A stretch of DNA of 61,470 nt from an uncultured Saprospiraceae bacterium. GTDB taxonomy: Bacteria; Bacteroidota; Bacteroidia; Chitinophagales; Saprospiraceae. This document shows, piece by piece, positions 1 to 7,660 of the stretch (the stretch's first letter is position 1; every line of letters begins with the position of its first letter). The stretch spans positions 1 through 61,470 of the forward strand of contig CAYLPW010000001.1 in NCBI GenBank assembly GCA_964385665.1. The letters run 5' to 3'. Under the pieces are notes generated by a model, which was not told where the DNA came from, did not search any database, and saw nothing but the letters and a program-made list of their open reading frames with translations. A program made the translations under genes and the position numbers.

Positions 1-917
1 CGATAACAAAAGCCTGACAGCCATTGCGAAGAGTTGTCCCCAGCAAGTTCTAGTGGAAAAACAGGTGTGATAGGCATGGCTACATCTCCAGCAATGTTGG
101 TCGATTGACCTGGCGTGGATGCAGATTCTAACCTAACCGCAGAAAGATCCCATTCAATTCTATCTATTAATATGCCACCCGTTTCAATTCTAACGGCACC
201 ATTACAGTTCTGTACATCTCCCCATATATAAAGGGTATTAGCATCGCCCATAGTAGGGGAAGCACCATTGGCGAGAATAGCTGCATTCTGCGTGCCACAT
301 TGTAGAACAGCAGTTAGTTCTGTGAAGGTGAAGGTGCTAGGATCAAGCTGTACGCCATTATTAAAAAATCTATAGATGGATATTTCCGTTCTATTGTTGG
401 GTCTAGTTCCACTATTATCTTCTCGCCACGTCATCCCTCCTGTCGTTATTTGATCGAGAATGATAGGGTCATCAAAAGTGATGGTCGATTGTACTCTGCT
501 ACTTGGATCATTACTATCGTTAGAAGTTAGCCTCAAAGCTTCTACGAAACCGTAGTCATTGTCGGTGTAGATATTGGGACCTGGTGTTCCTCCATTAGGT
601 GTACCAACAAATGACCAATTGATCGTATTGCCCATGCCATCAAAGTTGGAATAGGACTGTGGTGCTGTAGAATTATCTATCCAACCACTCCCTGCATTCC
701 AGTCACTATCATTCCAAGAAACGTAGTCGGACGTGGCAGGGCAGTCTGTTCCTTGCTGGGCATATACTGATTGTGTATTAAACAATAATAGTAATAAGGA
801 GAGAACAGCAATGCTATATGCTATTTTTTTTCCTCTTTGAAAGTAGCTTAAGAAGTTGTTGCCTCTTTCCCTATCTGGTAGGGGCAATCTTCTTTCTGTA
901 AAAGTCCTTTTTTTCAT
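1..917 (-). CDS. Secreted protein of unknown function, N-terminal part only (ORF runs off the left window edge)
   Basis: Absent from the ORF track because it has no in-window stop. ATG is at 917-915 on the minus strand. My manual translation stays open to nt 1 (MKKRTFTERRLPLPDRERGNNFLSYFQRGKKIAYSIAVLSLLLLLFNTQSVYAQQGTDCPATSDYVSWNDSDW...). A hydrophobic signal-peptide-like segment is followed by AQQ. No family recognised. Confidence 0.6.
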   Translation of the reverse strand, partial: MKKRTFTERRLPLPDRERGNNFLSYFQRGKKIAYSIAVLSLLLLLFNTQSVYAQQGTDCPATSDYVSWNDSDWNAGSGWIDNSTAPQSYSNFDGMGNTINWSFVGTPNGGTPGPNIYTDNDYGFVEALRLTSNDSNDPSSRVQSTITFDDPIILDQITTGGMTWREDNSGTRPNNRTEISIYRFFNNGVQLDPSTFTFTELTAVLQCGTQNAAILANGASPTMGDANTLYIWGDVQNCNGAVRIETGGILIDRIEWDLSAVRLESASTPGQSTNIAGDVAMPITPVFPLELAGDNSSQWLSGFCY

Positions 918-1424
918 AACTTAACTTAAATTGTGTAATTAAAACAGGTTGATATCAATACTATAATTCTATTATTGACCATACTTTGGACTAATGATGT
1001 ACTGGCAATAGTACATCACCAAATGCGCAAGTATGACTTACAGTTGTTCGTGTACCAACTGTAGTTTTATACGTTGACCTCAATTTGTGTTGTAATCGGA
1101 ATTTAAAAGAAAGTGGTATAAGAGGTAACCAAAACTAGCTATTTGACTACTTCCTGTATTGGAAAATTTAGACTATTAGTGACAGTCTTTCCGTATAGTG
1201 CATTGCTTACTCTTGTACTCATGAAGGTTAGTTATACTGTCACTTTTGAAGGTTGATTCTGCGTACATTTAGAGACTACTTGGGTTTATTGTGATCTATT
1301 TTTTATCTTATATGTTAACTTTTTATCCCTTAGTTGTACTATCTATATTAGATAACTTACTGTGATAGTAAAAATAGTAAGCATTTCATATATAACTATT
1401 CATTAATATAAATTTTTAATGGTT

Positions 1425-1457
1425 GCTACCCTTTTAGGGTAGTGTTCTTTTATTTTT
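1425..1457 (+). terminator. Orphan intrinsic-terminator-like hairpin in a 660-bp intergenic region
   Basis: GCTACCC-TTTTA-GGGTAGT stem-loop (6 bp plus a G-U pair) followed by GTTCTTTTATTTTT. No annotated plus-strand gene lies upstream. Confidence 0.3.
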
Positions 1458-1579
1458 AACACTTATTGGATGGCTAAAAAAAATCAATTTTATTATATGT
1501 GACATACTACTAACTAAACAGAAATTTCTGGCTAGATTTCTATTCATTTCACAAGTTTTACAGGCAGAATGTACATGAT

Positions 1580-2200
1580 ATGATTAAAATTGGATTTATA
1601 GAAGACAATAAAGTGTATTTATCTTTATTGACTAAGGCAGTAAAAATGGAGCCAAAAATCACCACTCTTTTGACTGCGGTTTCAGTAGAGGACTTTTTTG
1701 AAAAGTTACCTCCTAGAGCTAATTTGGATATTATTTTTGTGGACATTCACCTTCCAGGTTTATCAGGAATCGATGTATTGCCCAAATTAAGGAATCGGTT
1801 TAAGAAAGCTGATCTAGTTATAATATCTGAATCAACAGATAGAGAACTTTTGCTGCGGGCGTTGTCTAATGGGGCGACAGGTTTTTTAGTGAAGGGGTTT
1901 CCCATTACTGCATTGCCTGAGTTCATACACACGATTCAGAATGGAGGAGCACTTGTTTCTCCATTAATGGTAAAAGAACTAGTCGGCTACTTTAATCCTC
2001 CAGCTAGTAATACACTTTCTTCTAAGGAGACGAAAATACTTCAATTCTTAGCAGATGGGCAGACCTATAAATCCATTGCGTCGATACTTGACATCAGTGT
2101 AAATGGTGTCAAATATTACATTAAAAATATCTACAAGAAGTTGAATGTAACTAATAAAGTAGATGCTATCAATTATTTGAACAACAGCAAGCGTAGCTAA
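1580..2200 (+). CDS. Response regulator, receiver domain plus LuxR/NarL-type HTH
   Basis: Receiver motifs IGFIEDN and DIIFVDIHLPGLSGIDVL (phospho-acceptor Asp). C-terminal LSSKETKILQFLADGQTYKSIASILDISVNGVKYYIKNIYKKLNV is a classic LuxR/GerE HTH. Confidence 0.9.
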   Translation: MIKIGFIEDNKVYLSLLTKAVKMEPKITTLLTAVSVEDFFEKLPPRANLDIIFVDIHLPGLSGIDVLPKLRNRFKKADLVIISESTDRELLLRALSNGATGFLVKGFPITALPEFIHTIQNGGALVSPLMVKELVGYFNPPASNTLSSKETKILQFLADGQTYKSIASILDISVNGVKYYIKNIYKKLNVTNKVDAINYLNNSKRS

Positions 2201-2278
2201 GTGAACGCTCATTTAAAGTGCCTCAAAGGGGGAAGATTATCATTGAACTTTCACTTAGAATGGGTGATCGATCCCCTT

Positions 2279-3214
2279 CTATTTCTGTTGAGCGCGCCAT
2301 GCATCATTTAGATCCTTGTATGGCTGAAATAAGTGGCTTTGTGAAATTACTTTTTCACCTATGCGTGTTATGAATTGTTGAGTATACTCCTCCCCTGCCC
2401 TATCGTTATCTAGAAACAGGTTGATTTTTCTATATCCAGCCGTCTCAATTGTTGCGATTGATCGGCGAAAGGAAGAAAGCGAATGCATAACCAGGCTATC
2501 GCCAGCCAGTTGAGGAACGTCTAATAGCAAGAGTAGAGAAATATAGTCCAGCATGCCCTCGAATACATTGAGCGTAGTTATCTCCTCTTGTTGCCCGTTT
2601 ATTAGTGTGATGTCACGTGCAATCAGAGCGGACTTAAATACAAATTGATCTGAAGCAGATCGTATCTCATACCCACCCGATTGATTCTTCATTCCAAACG
2701 CAAAATGCTTTTTGTTGCTTGATGTATGTCGATAGTGTACTTCACGTAAGCAGCGTCTTGCAACAGCAATAGGAATATTCCGTTTTCCCAGGTAGCGAAT
2801 GATGTTGGGATGAAGGATTTGTTGCGCTTTAATAAATACTAAATGGGAGGGGATTGAGGCAGTTTTAAGATCACTGTTTGGGTAGTGAATAGATTGTTCT
2901 ACTTCATTGGTAGTTGGTGATCCTATATGTAATCCGTCATAAAGAGCATCCAGATATTGTAACGCCTCCTTGAACGTACATTTTTCTAATTGCATAATGA
3001 AGTCTGGTACAGTTCCATCTTTTACGTCACCATGATCGTTCCATACCCAGTTCCATCTTTCGCCGCGCGACACTTGCAAGGACGGATTCTTCTCTTCCCG
3101 AAACGGACTGTTGTACCAATATTGAGTATTGCCTTTAGTGATTTTTACTGGTTCATAGCCCAACCTCGATAGTAAGTCAGGCATATCTAAATTTTTGGCT
3201 TGTTTGCTGTTCAT
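2279..3214 (-). CDS. Toprim-domain primase-like protein with a degenerate (Cys-less) CHC2-finger region
   Basis: The N-terminus YWYNSPFREEKNPSLQVS...WNDHGDVKDGTVPDFIM mirrors the DnaG CHC2 finger layout but lacks the cysteines. The C-terminus has a Toprim acidic motif (INLFLDNDRAGEE). The architecture is typical of Bacteroidota plasmid and mobilisable-element primases. Confidence 0.7.
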   Translation of the reverse strand: MNSKQAKNLDMPDLLSRLGYEPVKITKGNTQYWYNSPFREEKNPSLQVSRGERWNWVWNDHGDVKDGTVPDFIMQLEKCTFKEALQYLDALYDGLHIGSPTTNEVEQSIHYPNSDLKTASIPSHLVFIKAQQILHPNIIRYLGKRNIPIAVARRCLREVHYRHTSSNKKHFAFGMKNQSGGYEIRSASDQFVFKSALIARDITLINGQQEEITTLNVFEGMLDYISLLLLLDVPQLAGDSLVMHSLSSFRRSIATIETAGYRKINLFLDNDRAGEEYTQQFITRIGEKVISQSHLFQPYKDLNDAWRAQQK

Positions 3215-3266
3215 TTATATATTTGAATAAATGTAAAATTACATAAATACACAATTATGTATTTAT

Positions 3267-3515
3267 TTATTTATTCATCGCTTTCCGGTAAAAGTCAAAT
3301 GTACGCTTGAATAACTCAGTCATTGATACATCCTGATCGAAAGCAAATTGCTTGTACTGCTTGGCAAAAGATGCAGGTACAACGAAATTCACTCGCTTTG
3401 TTGGTTCGTTAGGAGTGCCTAAGTTATCGCTTGCTTGCTCAATAGTAGGCACTTTCCCTTTATTACGCTTTGCTAACTTCGCCATAGTTTTCTTCTGTTT
3501 GCTCGATGCGATCAC
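3267..3515 (-). CDS. Small basic protein, candidate ParG/ribbon-helix-helix partition adaptor
   Basis: 82-aa ORF immediately downstream of parA and overlapping its 3' end. An internal ATG at 3485 (MAKLAKRNKGK...) gives a shorter overlap. A Lys-rich N-terminal tail is followed by KRVNFVVPASFAKQYKQFAFDQDVSMTELFKRTF, a beta-strand/helix pattern like RHH centromere-binding proteins. Position-based call. Confidence 0.45.
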   Translation of the reverse strand: MIASSKQKKTMAKLAKRNKGKVPTIEQASDNLGTPNEPTKRVNFVVPASFAKQYKQFAFDQDVSMTELFKRTFDFYRKAMNK

Positions 3516-4125
3516 CGATGTTCTGTACTAAATTATCTATTACTTCATTGATGGACGGATAACGCGTTTCGTTGGCAGCTAATCCAATATCATGGCACTG
3601 CCCGATTGATGTACGCTCCTGAATTTTTCCAGCGTAGTAGTAGCCAGCATCCTGAATAAATTCGATAGCTGCTTCTTGTTCTCCTACGCTTCCTCCGACA
3701 CGGCTCAGCGCAAAAGCAATACGGTTTTTAGCAATTCCTTTCTTGCGTAGCTCATGTGCCAATCGCACTTGAGGCATTAGATCGTCTCTTGTAATACCTG
3801 TTGGCAAAACTACAAAGTCACTCAATTGGCATATTTCTAAAGTCTGCTGATCTGCTTGTCCTGCTCCGTCAAATATAATCAGATCGTAGCTGGGGTTGTG
3901 CTTAAGTACATCATGTACTTTAGCAAAAGGTTCGACTGCTAGGGTAGGGGCGGTGTCGTTTTCCATGCGGATACAGTTCCATTCTGTCGTTGTTTTCTGC
4001 TTCAGATCCATGTCTGCAATTTTAACAGACCAATCGTTTCGAGCATATTCGACTGCCAACGCTCTGACAAGAGTCGACTTTCCCACTCCTCCCTTCTGAG
4101 AAACAACTGCGATTTTTAGTGCCAT
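3463..4125 (-). CDS. parA: ParA/Soj-family partition ATPase
   Basis: Deviant Walker A motif MALKIAVVSQKGGVGKSTL. The 220-aa size and position beside the origin and rep gene fit a plasmid ParA. Confidence 0.9.
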   Translation of the reverse strand: MALKIAVVSQKGGVGKSTLVRALAVEYARNDWSVKIADMDLKQKTTTEWNCIRMENDTAPTLAVEPFAKVHDVLKHNPSYDLIIFDGAGQADQQTLEICQLSDFVVLPTGITRDDLMPQVRLAHELRKKGIAKNRIAFALSRVGGSVGEQEAAIEFIQDAGYYYAGKIQERTSIGQCHDIGLAANETRYPSINEVIDNLVQNIGDRIEQTEENYGEVSKA

Positions 4126-4151
4126 AATTTAAGAATTAAAGATTAAAGCAT

Positions 4152-4181
4152 CAAAGATAATAAAATATATAATTGTTCAAA
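4152..4181 (-). promoter_or_regulatory. Candidate Bacteroidota sigma-A promoter of parA (-33 TTTG, -7 TAtcTTTG)
   Basis: On the minus strand, TTTG (4181-4178) is followed by 18 nt and then TATCTTTG (4159-4152). The -7 element lies 26 nt upstream of the parA ATG. It matches the published Bacteroides TTTG / TAnnTTTG consensus. Confidence 0.4.
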
Positions 4182-4191
4182 TACACATTTA

Positions 4192-4219
4192 CTCATTTAC
4201 TCATTTATACAAATGAGTA
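4192..4219. promoter_or_regulatory. ACTCATTT repeat cluster (2 direct copies plus 1 inverted): operator or centromere-like site upstream of parA
   Basis: ACTCATTT at 4192-4199 and 4200-4207, then ATAC, then the inverted copy AAATGAGT at 4212-4219. It sits directly upstream of the -33 element. A related cluster lies at 6553-6605. Confidence 0.45.
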
Positions 4220-4337
4220 CAAGTGTAATAGAGAAATTCACTAAATTAACATAATTTTTTTCTTTTACTAGCCAATTTTTACCAACAAGCACACTTTTAA
4301 GCTCCTTTAAGCCTTCCATTTCCTATTTTTTTGGTAC

Positions 4338-4346
4338 TTATCCACA
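4338..4346 (+). promoter_or_regulatory. Perfect DnaA box (TTATCCACA)
   Basis: Exact match to the consensus nonamer, in the AT-rich tract next to the iterons. Confidence 0.5.
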
Positions 4347-4461
4347 CATTTTGGGGTTTATAATAATAGATTTAAAAGTTTATAAAGGTTTATATATTCT
4401 TTCTATGCTACAAAATTTAGCTATAACATATTGATTTATAGCAAATTAGTCAATCACTATT

Positions 4462-4571
4462 GTCGCTAATATGCCGATAGTAGCGTCGCTAATATGCCGA
4501 TACGTTTGTCGCTAATATGCCGATAGTAGCGTCGCTAATATGCCGATACGTTTGTCGCTAATATGCCGATA
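4462..4571 (+). repeat. Five direct iterons, 18 bp at exact 23-bp phasing (plasmid oriV)
   Basis: GTCGCTAATATGCCGATA occurs at 4462, 4485, 4508, 4531 and 4554. The 5-nt spacers alternate GTAGC and CGTTT, giving 46-bp super-units. The array lies between the repA stop and the parA promoter. Confidence 0.85.
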
Positions 4572-4583
4572 CGTTGATAAAAA

Positions 4584-4592
4584 TGTGGATAA
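4584..4592 (-). promoter_or_regulatory. Second perfect DnaA box, inverted (TGTGGATAA on the plus strand)
   Basis: Exact reverse complement of TTATCCACA, 12 nt after the last iteron. The two boxes bracket the iteron array. Confidence 0.5.
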
Positions 4593-4665
4593 CTGTACTT
4601 AAATTATTGATAATCAGCAGTTTACGGATTATGATAATTTTAGGGTACATGACGTGAAATTCAGC

Positions 4666-4683
4666 TATCGGCATATTAGCGAC
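4666..4683 (-). repeat. Sixth iteron copy in inverted orientation, abutting the repA stop codon
   Basis: TATCGGCATATTAGCGAC is the exact reverse complement of the iteron. It ends 3 nt before the repA stop codon at 4687-4689. Confidence 0.7.
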
Positions 4684-4686
4684 GCC

Positions 4687-5604
4687 CTAATTTTGCGGGT
4701 TTTCTGCGATGATCTCGAAGTCTGCCAATTCGTCTGCTAACGATATTTGCTGCTTTTCTTGATCCTTTTTCTGAAAATGAAGCCAGTCCTTACCTCTGGC
4801 TTTATAAAGCGTGAAATGAAAGTCAGGTATATTTCCTGCTTCAATTAGTTTTTTGATCTTATACTTAAAATCACGGTACTTAGAACCGCTACCACTTCTT
4901 CGATGCAGATGATCCAATGTATAACGCGCTCCATTAGGCGTTACCCCTGAAAACTTCCTAGCTGTGCGATAAAGCCATCTTTCCAGTCCGCCAGTTATCT
5001 GAAAGTAGGCAGGATTAATACCTAAGACCAACTTACTATCCACCACGCCGTCCACAAACCACTGAGGGAGCTGTATTTCATATGAACGAGTGATCTCCTT
5101 CTTCTTCCCTGTCTTGCTGGTACGCGTGATGGTATTCTCAGTAAAATTGGCTATCCATGTAAAGTTGAGATACTTATCGCGGCGTTCCACTTCGTCGTCC
5201 TGCATTTTTTCCTTTCGGATATTAGTGGACACAAAAGTAGAAGCTAGTCGCTGTAAGGCATTGCGAAGCTGCGTATATTGCGATTTGCCAGTATCCCTTC
5301 CACAAAACTTGAGAATATCATAACCAGATACTTGAAACACTGTTGGAATAGGCTGATCATTGTCTATTAAGTGTCGGATATAAGAAACGAAGTAAAGCAT
5401 AATATCAAAATCCCAGATGGTACACATGCCGTGCTTGATGTTCGGGCTTATTTCTACAAAGTTGCCCTTACCATCTTCAAAGCGAATGATATCGATTCGC
5501 TTCTTCTTCGATAGGCTAAAACAGGGATAAGACATTAGGTCTTGCTGGTCGCGACTTCTGGCATCCGAAGCAATAGGATGAAAATTGATTTGAATTTGAC
5601 TCAC
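4687..5604 (-). CDS. repA: Plasmid replication initiator (Replication-initiator-protein-A / RPA-like)
   Basis: The N-terminal motif LMSYPCFSLSKKKRIDIIRFEDGKGNFVEISPNIKHGMCTIWDFDIMLYFVSYI resembles the RPA-family signature (hP-F-SLSK, G-ati-D-D-l-y). The gene is adjacent to its presumed iterons. Confidence 0.75.
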   Translation of the reverse strand: MSQIQINFHPIASDARSRDQQDLMSYPCFSLSKKKRIDIIRFEDGKGNFVEISPNIKHGMCTIWDFDIMLYFVSYIRHLIDNDQPIPTVFQVSGYDILKFCGRDTGKSQYTQLRNALQRLASTFVSTNIRKEKMQDDEVERRDKYLNFTWIANFTENTITRTSKTGKKKEITRSYEIQLPQWFVDGVVDSKLVLGINPAYFQITGGLERWLYRTARKFSGVTPNGARYTLDHLHRRSGSGSKYRDFKYKIKKLIEAGNIPDFHFTLYKARGKDWLHFQKKDQEKQQISLADELADFEIIAENPQN

Positions 5605-5640
5605 GATACTGATTTTACGCTTAGATAGACGAAAGGTACA

Positions 5641-6501
5641 CTATTCATCTTTCTTCGTTCTTTGCATCAACGAACGTTGCTTCTTTTTCGTCTCTTTAAT
5701 CTGTTGTTTGAAGTTTTGCTCAGAAACCACTTCTTTCCCTGTCTGCTCTTGATAGGCTTGTAGGGCTTTTCCTGCCGCGTAACCGCCTTTCTGTGCTGCC
5801 CTTACATTCTCATTGAATCCCTGATAATCGCCCCTTATCGCTTCGTTTCGCGTGGCATCCTCACCAAGCATCGTAAAAATAAGTTCTTCATTTGTCATGT
5901 GATCGCGTAGAGGTTCGCGTTTGAGTCCTTTAATCCCTTTGTGTTCGGATGGAGTGACGCCGAATGTACCTTTTGAAATCTCCGCAGTTAATATCGCATA
6001 TTCCTTATGTGTAAGAACCCCTCTATTCTTCCATTCCTCGGTAAGTTGACCCCGAATGATGACCGACTGAATTCGTCTGTCTATCCACTCTTTCGTGTAG
6101 CCCAATGAGTAGTAACGTTCTTTTAACCGCTCTAAAATGAGATTAGGGTCTTGTTCTTCCTCTAGGCGTTCGTTGCCGACTTTTGCCAACCACTGCTTAA
6201 ATGGTTCGGCCTTAGGGGAGGGGATGGACTGTATGATGCGTAAGATGGTTGCTCTATTAGCTACATCCGTTACTCTTTTTTTTCCATCCGTTGCCGTCAT
6301 TTTCAACTGTCCGATTTTTGCGGACAGTTGCTCGAAGCCCTCGCTACTCAGTCTAGATTTTAGATCACTCCAATATTTACGCGGTCGTTTGCTCTCAGAC
6401 AAAACTTCAACAACATCTATAATAGAAAACCACCATTCCCCGTCGTGAAAAGTACGACGCACATTATCTTGAAAAATCGTTATCTGCTTATTGTTATCCA
6501 T
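5641..6501 (-). CDS. Bro-N domain protein, DinD (DNA-damage-inducible protein D)-like
   Basis: The N-terminus FHDGEWWFSIIDVVEVLSES...KYWSDLKSRL is Bro-N-like. The C-terminal half (GIKGLKREPLRDHMTNEELIFTMLGEDATRNE...) parallels the E. coli DinD C-terminus. Confidence 0.7.
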   Translation of the reverse strand: MDNNKQITIFQDNVRRTFHDGEWWFSIIDVVEVLSESKRPRKYWSDLKSRLSSEGFEQLSAKIGQLKMTATDGKKRVTDVANRATILRIIQSIPSPKAEPFKQWLAKVGNERLEEEQDPNLILERLKERYYSLGYTKEWIDRRIQSVIIRGQLTEEWKNRGVLTHKEYAILTAEISKGTFGVTPSEHKGIKGLKREPLRDHMTNEELIFTMLGEDATRNEAIRGDYQGFNENVRAAQKGGYAAGKALQAYQEQTGKEVVSEQNFKQQIKETKKKQRSLMQRTKKDE

Positions 6502-6552
6502 AATTCAATCGTTATTTCACAAACATACACATTTTTATATAAATGAAAAAAA

Positions 6553-6605
6553 ACTCAATTATATACTTACTCAATTATACAAATACTCATATACTCATAA
6601 TGAGT
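6553..6605. promoter_or_regulatory. ACTCA(A/T)T repeat cluster in the divergent bro / recombinase intergenic region (operator or res-site candidate)
   Basis: ACTCAATTA at 6553 and 6569, ACTCAT at 6585, and the palindrome ACTCAT-A-ATGAGT at 6593-6605. CTCAATTATACAAAT (6570-6584) matches CTCATTTATACAAAT (4201-4215) at 14 of 15 positions. A -7-like TATGTTTG (minus strand, 6527-6520) lies 18 nt upstream of the bro ATG. Confidence 0.45.
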
Positions 6606-6764
6606 CAATCAGACAGATAGTCAAAAAAACGGTCGTTTTCTTTACTTGCTTACTGTAGTTAAAGAAACAGGGCAGGAAAAACCTTAAATAGTTAAATAAC
6701 TCGTATGTTTATCATCGTAAAAATAACCTACGAGACTTCAAGTTTATTTACTATATATTGTGCT

Positions 6765-7337
6765 ATGAAAATCGGTTATGCTAGAGTATCCTCCTTCGAC
6801 CAAAATTTAGATTTACAACGAGATGCATTAAAAAGAGCAGGATGTGATCGTGTGATCGTGGATAAGACCTCTGGCAAGAATACAGATCGTCCAGGGCTAA
6901 AAACCATAAAAGAGATATTAAGGGCAGGGGATGTATTAGTTGTTTGGCGGTTGGATCGTTTAGGACGTTCGCTTAAAGATTTAATTGAATGGGTCAACTA
7001 TCTAGACAAACAGGAAGTGGCATTGACCAGTTTAGAAGAAGCTATTAATACTAGTTCTGCTACTGGCAAATTGGTTTTCCATATTTTCGGTGCCTTAGCT
7101 GAATTTGAGCGCCAGCTAATTCGAGAACGTACTCAAGCAGGTTTGGCAGCTGCACGGGCACGGGGTAGGAGAGGAGGCAGACCTAAAGCTTTAAATGCAG
7201 AAAAAAGAGCTTTGGCTATTCAACTATATGAAGAAAAAAAAATAGCAATAAAAGATATTTGTGAGCTAATGGGTATTAGCAAACCTACTCTCTACACCTA
7301 CATTAAAGATAATATACGAAAGGACGTTGACAATTGA
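6765..7337 (+). CDS. Small serine recombinase (resolvase/invertase family, 190 aa)
   Basis: MKIGYARVSSFDQNLDLQ contains the catalytic Ser. GDVLVVWRLDRLGRS, AEFERQLIRERTQAGLAAARARGRRGGRPKAL and a C-terminal HTH (ISKPTLYTYI) are also present. The true start is taken at ATG 6765; the track's 6705 start adds a non-homologous 20-aa extension. Confidence 0.92.
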   Translation: MKIGYARVSSFDQNLDLQRDALKRAGCDRVIVDKTSGKNTDRPGLKTIKEILRAGDVLVVWRLDRLGRSLKDLIEWVNYLDKQEVALTSLEEAINTSSATGKLVFHIFGALAEFERQLIRERTQAGLAAARARGRRGGRPKALNAEKRALAIQLYEEKKIAIKDICELMGISKPTLYTYIKDNIRKDVDN

Positions 7338-7631
7338 CCACTCCACATATAGTTTGTAACTAGCTAGTATTGACTTACAAGAAAGAATGAGTATTGAACA
7401 CTATACGCCAATAAATAGGGTAGTGCTTGCTTGGAAAAAAATGACCATCGAGAAAAATGTAACCACACCGTACAGTTATTCTGCTTTTCTATTTACGCTA
7501 TATCTCTTCGCTCCATACATTCTATAAAACAATCTATCTTTTTATATATTAACTTCTTATATATCTATATATTTATTCATATAACATATAATATCACACT
7601 TTTAGATATTATTTCCATAAATCAATACTTC

Positions 7632-7660
7632 AATACTACCTCTTCGTGTAGTATTTTTTT
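7632..7660 (+). terminator. Rho-independent terminator candidate
   Basis: AATACTAC-(8 nt)-GTAGTATT is a perfect 8-bp stem whose 3' arm runs into a 7-T tract. It lies about 300 nt downstream of the recombinase stop. Confidence 0.55.

Larger units (their letters stand above)
2279..7337. other. Plasmid-type maintenance backbone (primase, RHH, parA, oriV, repA, bro/dinD, serine recombinase)
   Basis: Five co-oriented minus-strand genes with an iteron origin embedded between repA and parA, plus a divergent recombinase. By eye the block is more AT-rich than the flanking giant genes (not computed). Confidence 0.7.

Noticed and set aside
3215-3266. Inverted repeat AAATACA-(6 nt)-TGTATTT between the RHH-like gene and the primase gene
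   Set aside because: It is an AT-only 7-bp stem in AT-rich DNA, indistinguishable from chance.
2279-4125. ATPase plus Toprim gene pair as a possible OLD/Gabija/PARIS-type defence module
   Set aside because: The ATPase is a 220-aa deviant-Walker-A ParA (KGGVGKST), not an ABC/OLD-type ATPase. The Toprim protein has a DnaG-like (Cys-less CHC2) N-terminus typical of plasmid primases. The pair flanks an origin. A partition/replication reading is much better supported.
4462-4571. Regularly spaced 18-bp repeats that might be read as a mini CRISPR array
   Set aside because: The spacers are only 5 nt and alternate between two fixed sequences. There are no cas genes. The array sits next to repA, parA and DnaA boxes. 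These are plasmid iterons.
6705-6764. N-terminal extensions proposed by the ORF track for the recombinase (6705) and the REC-kinase (23765)
   Set aside because: Family-conserved N-termini begin at the internal ATGs (MKIGYARVSS at 6765; MSRKILLIDD at 23897). The extensions have no homology-like features, and the 23765 start is a GTG.
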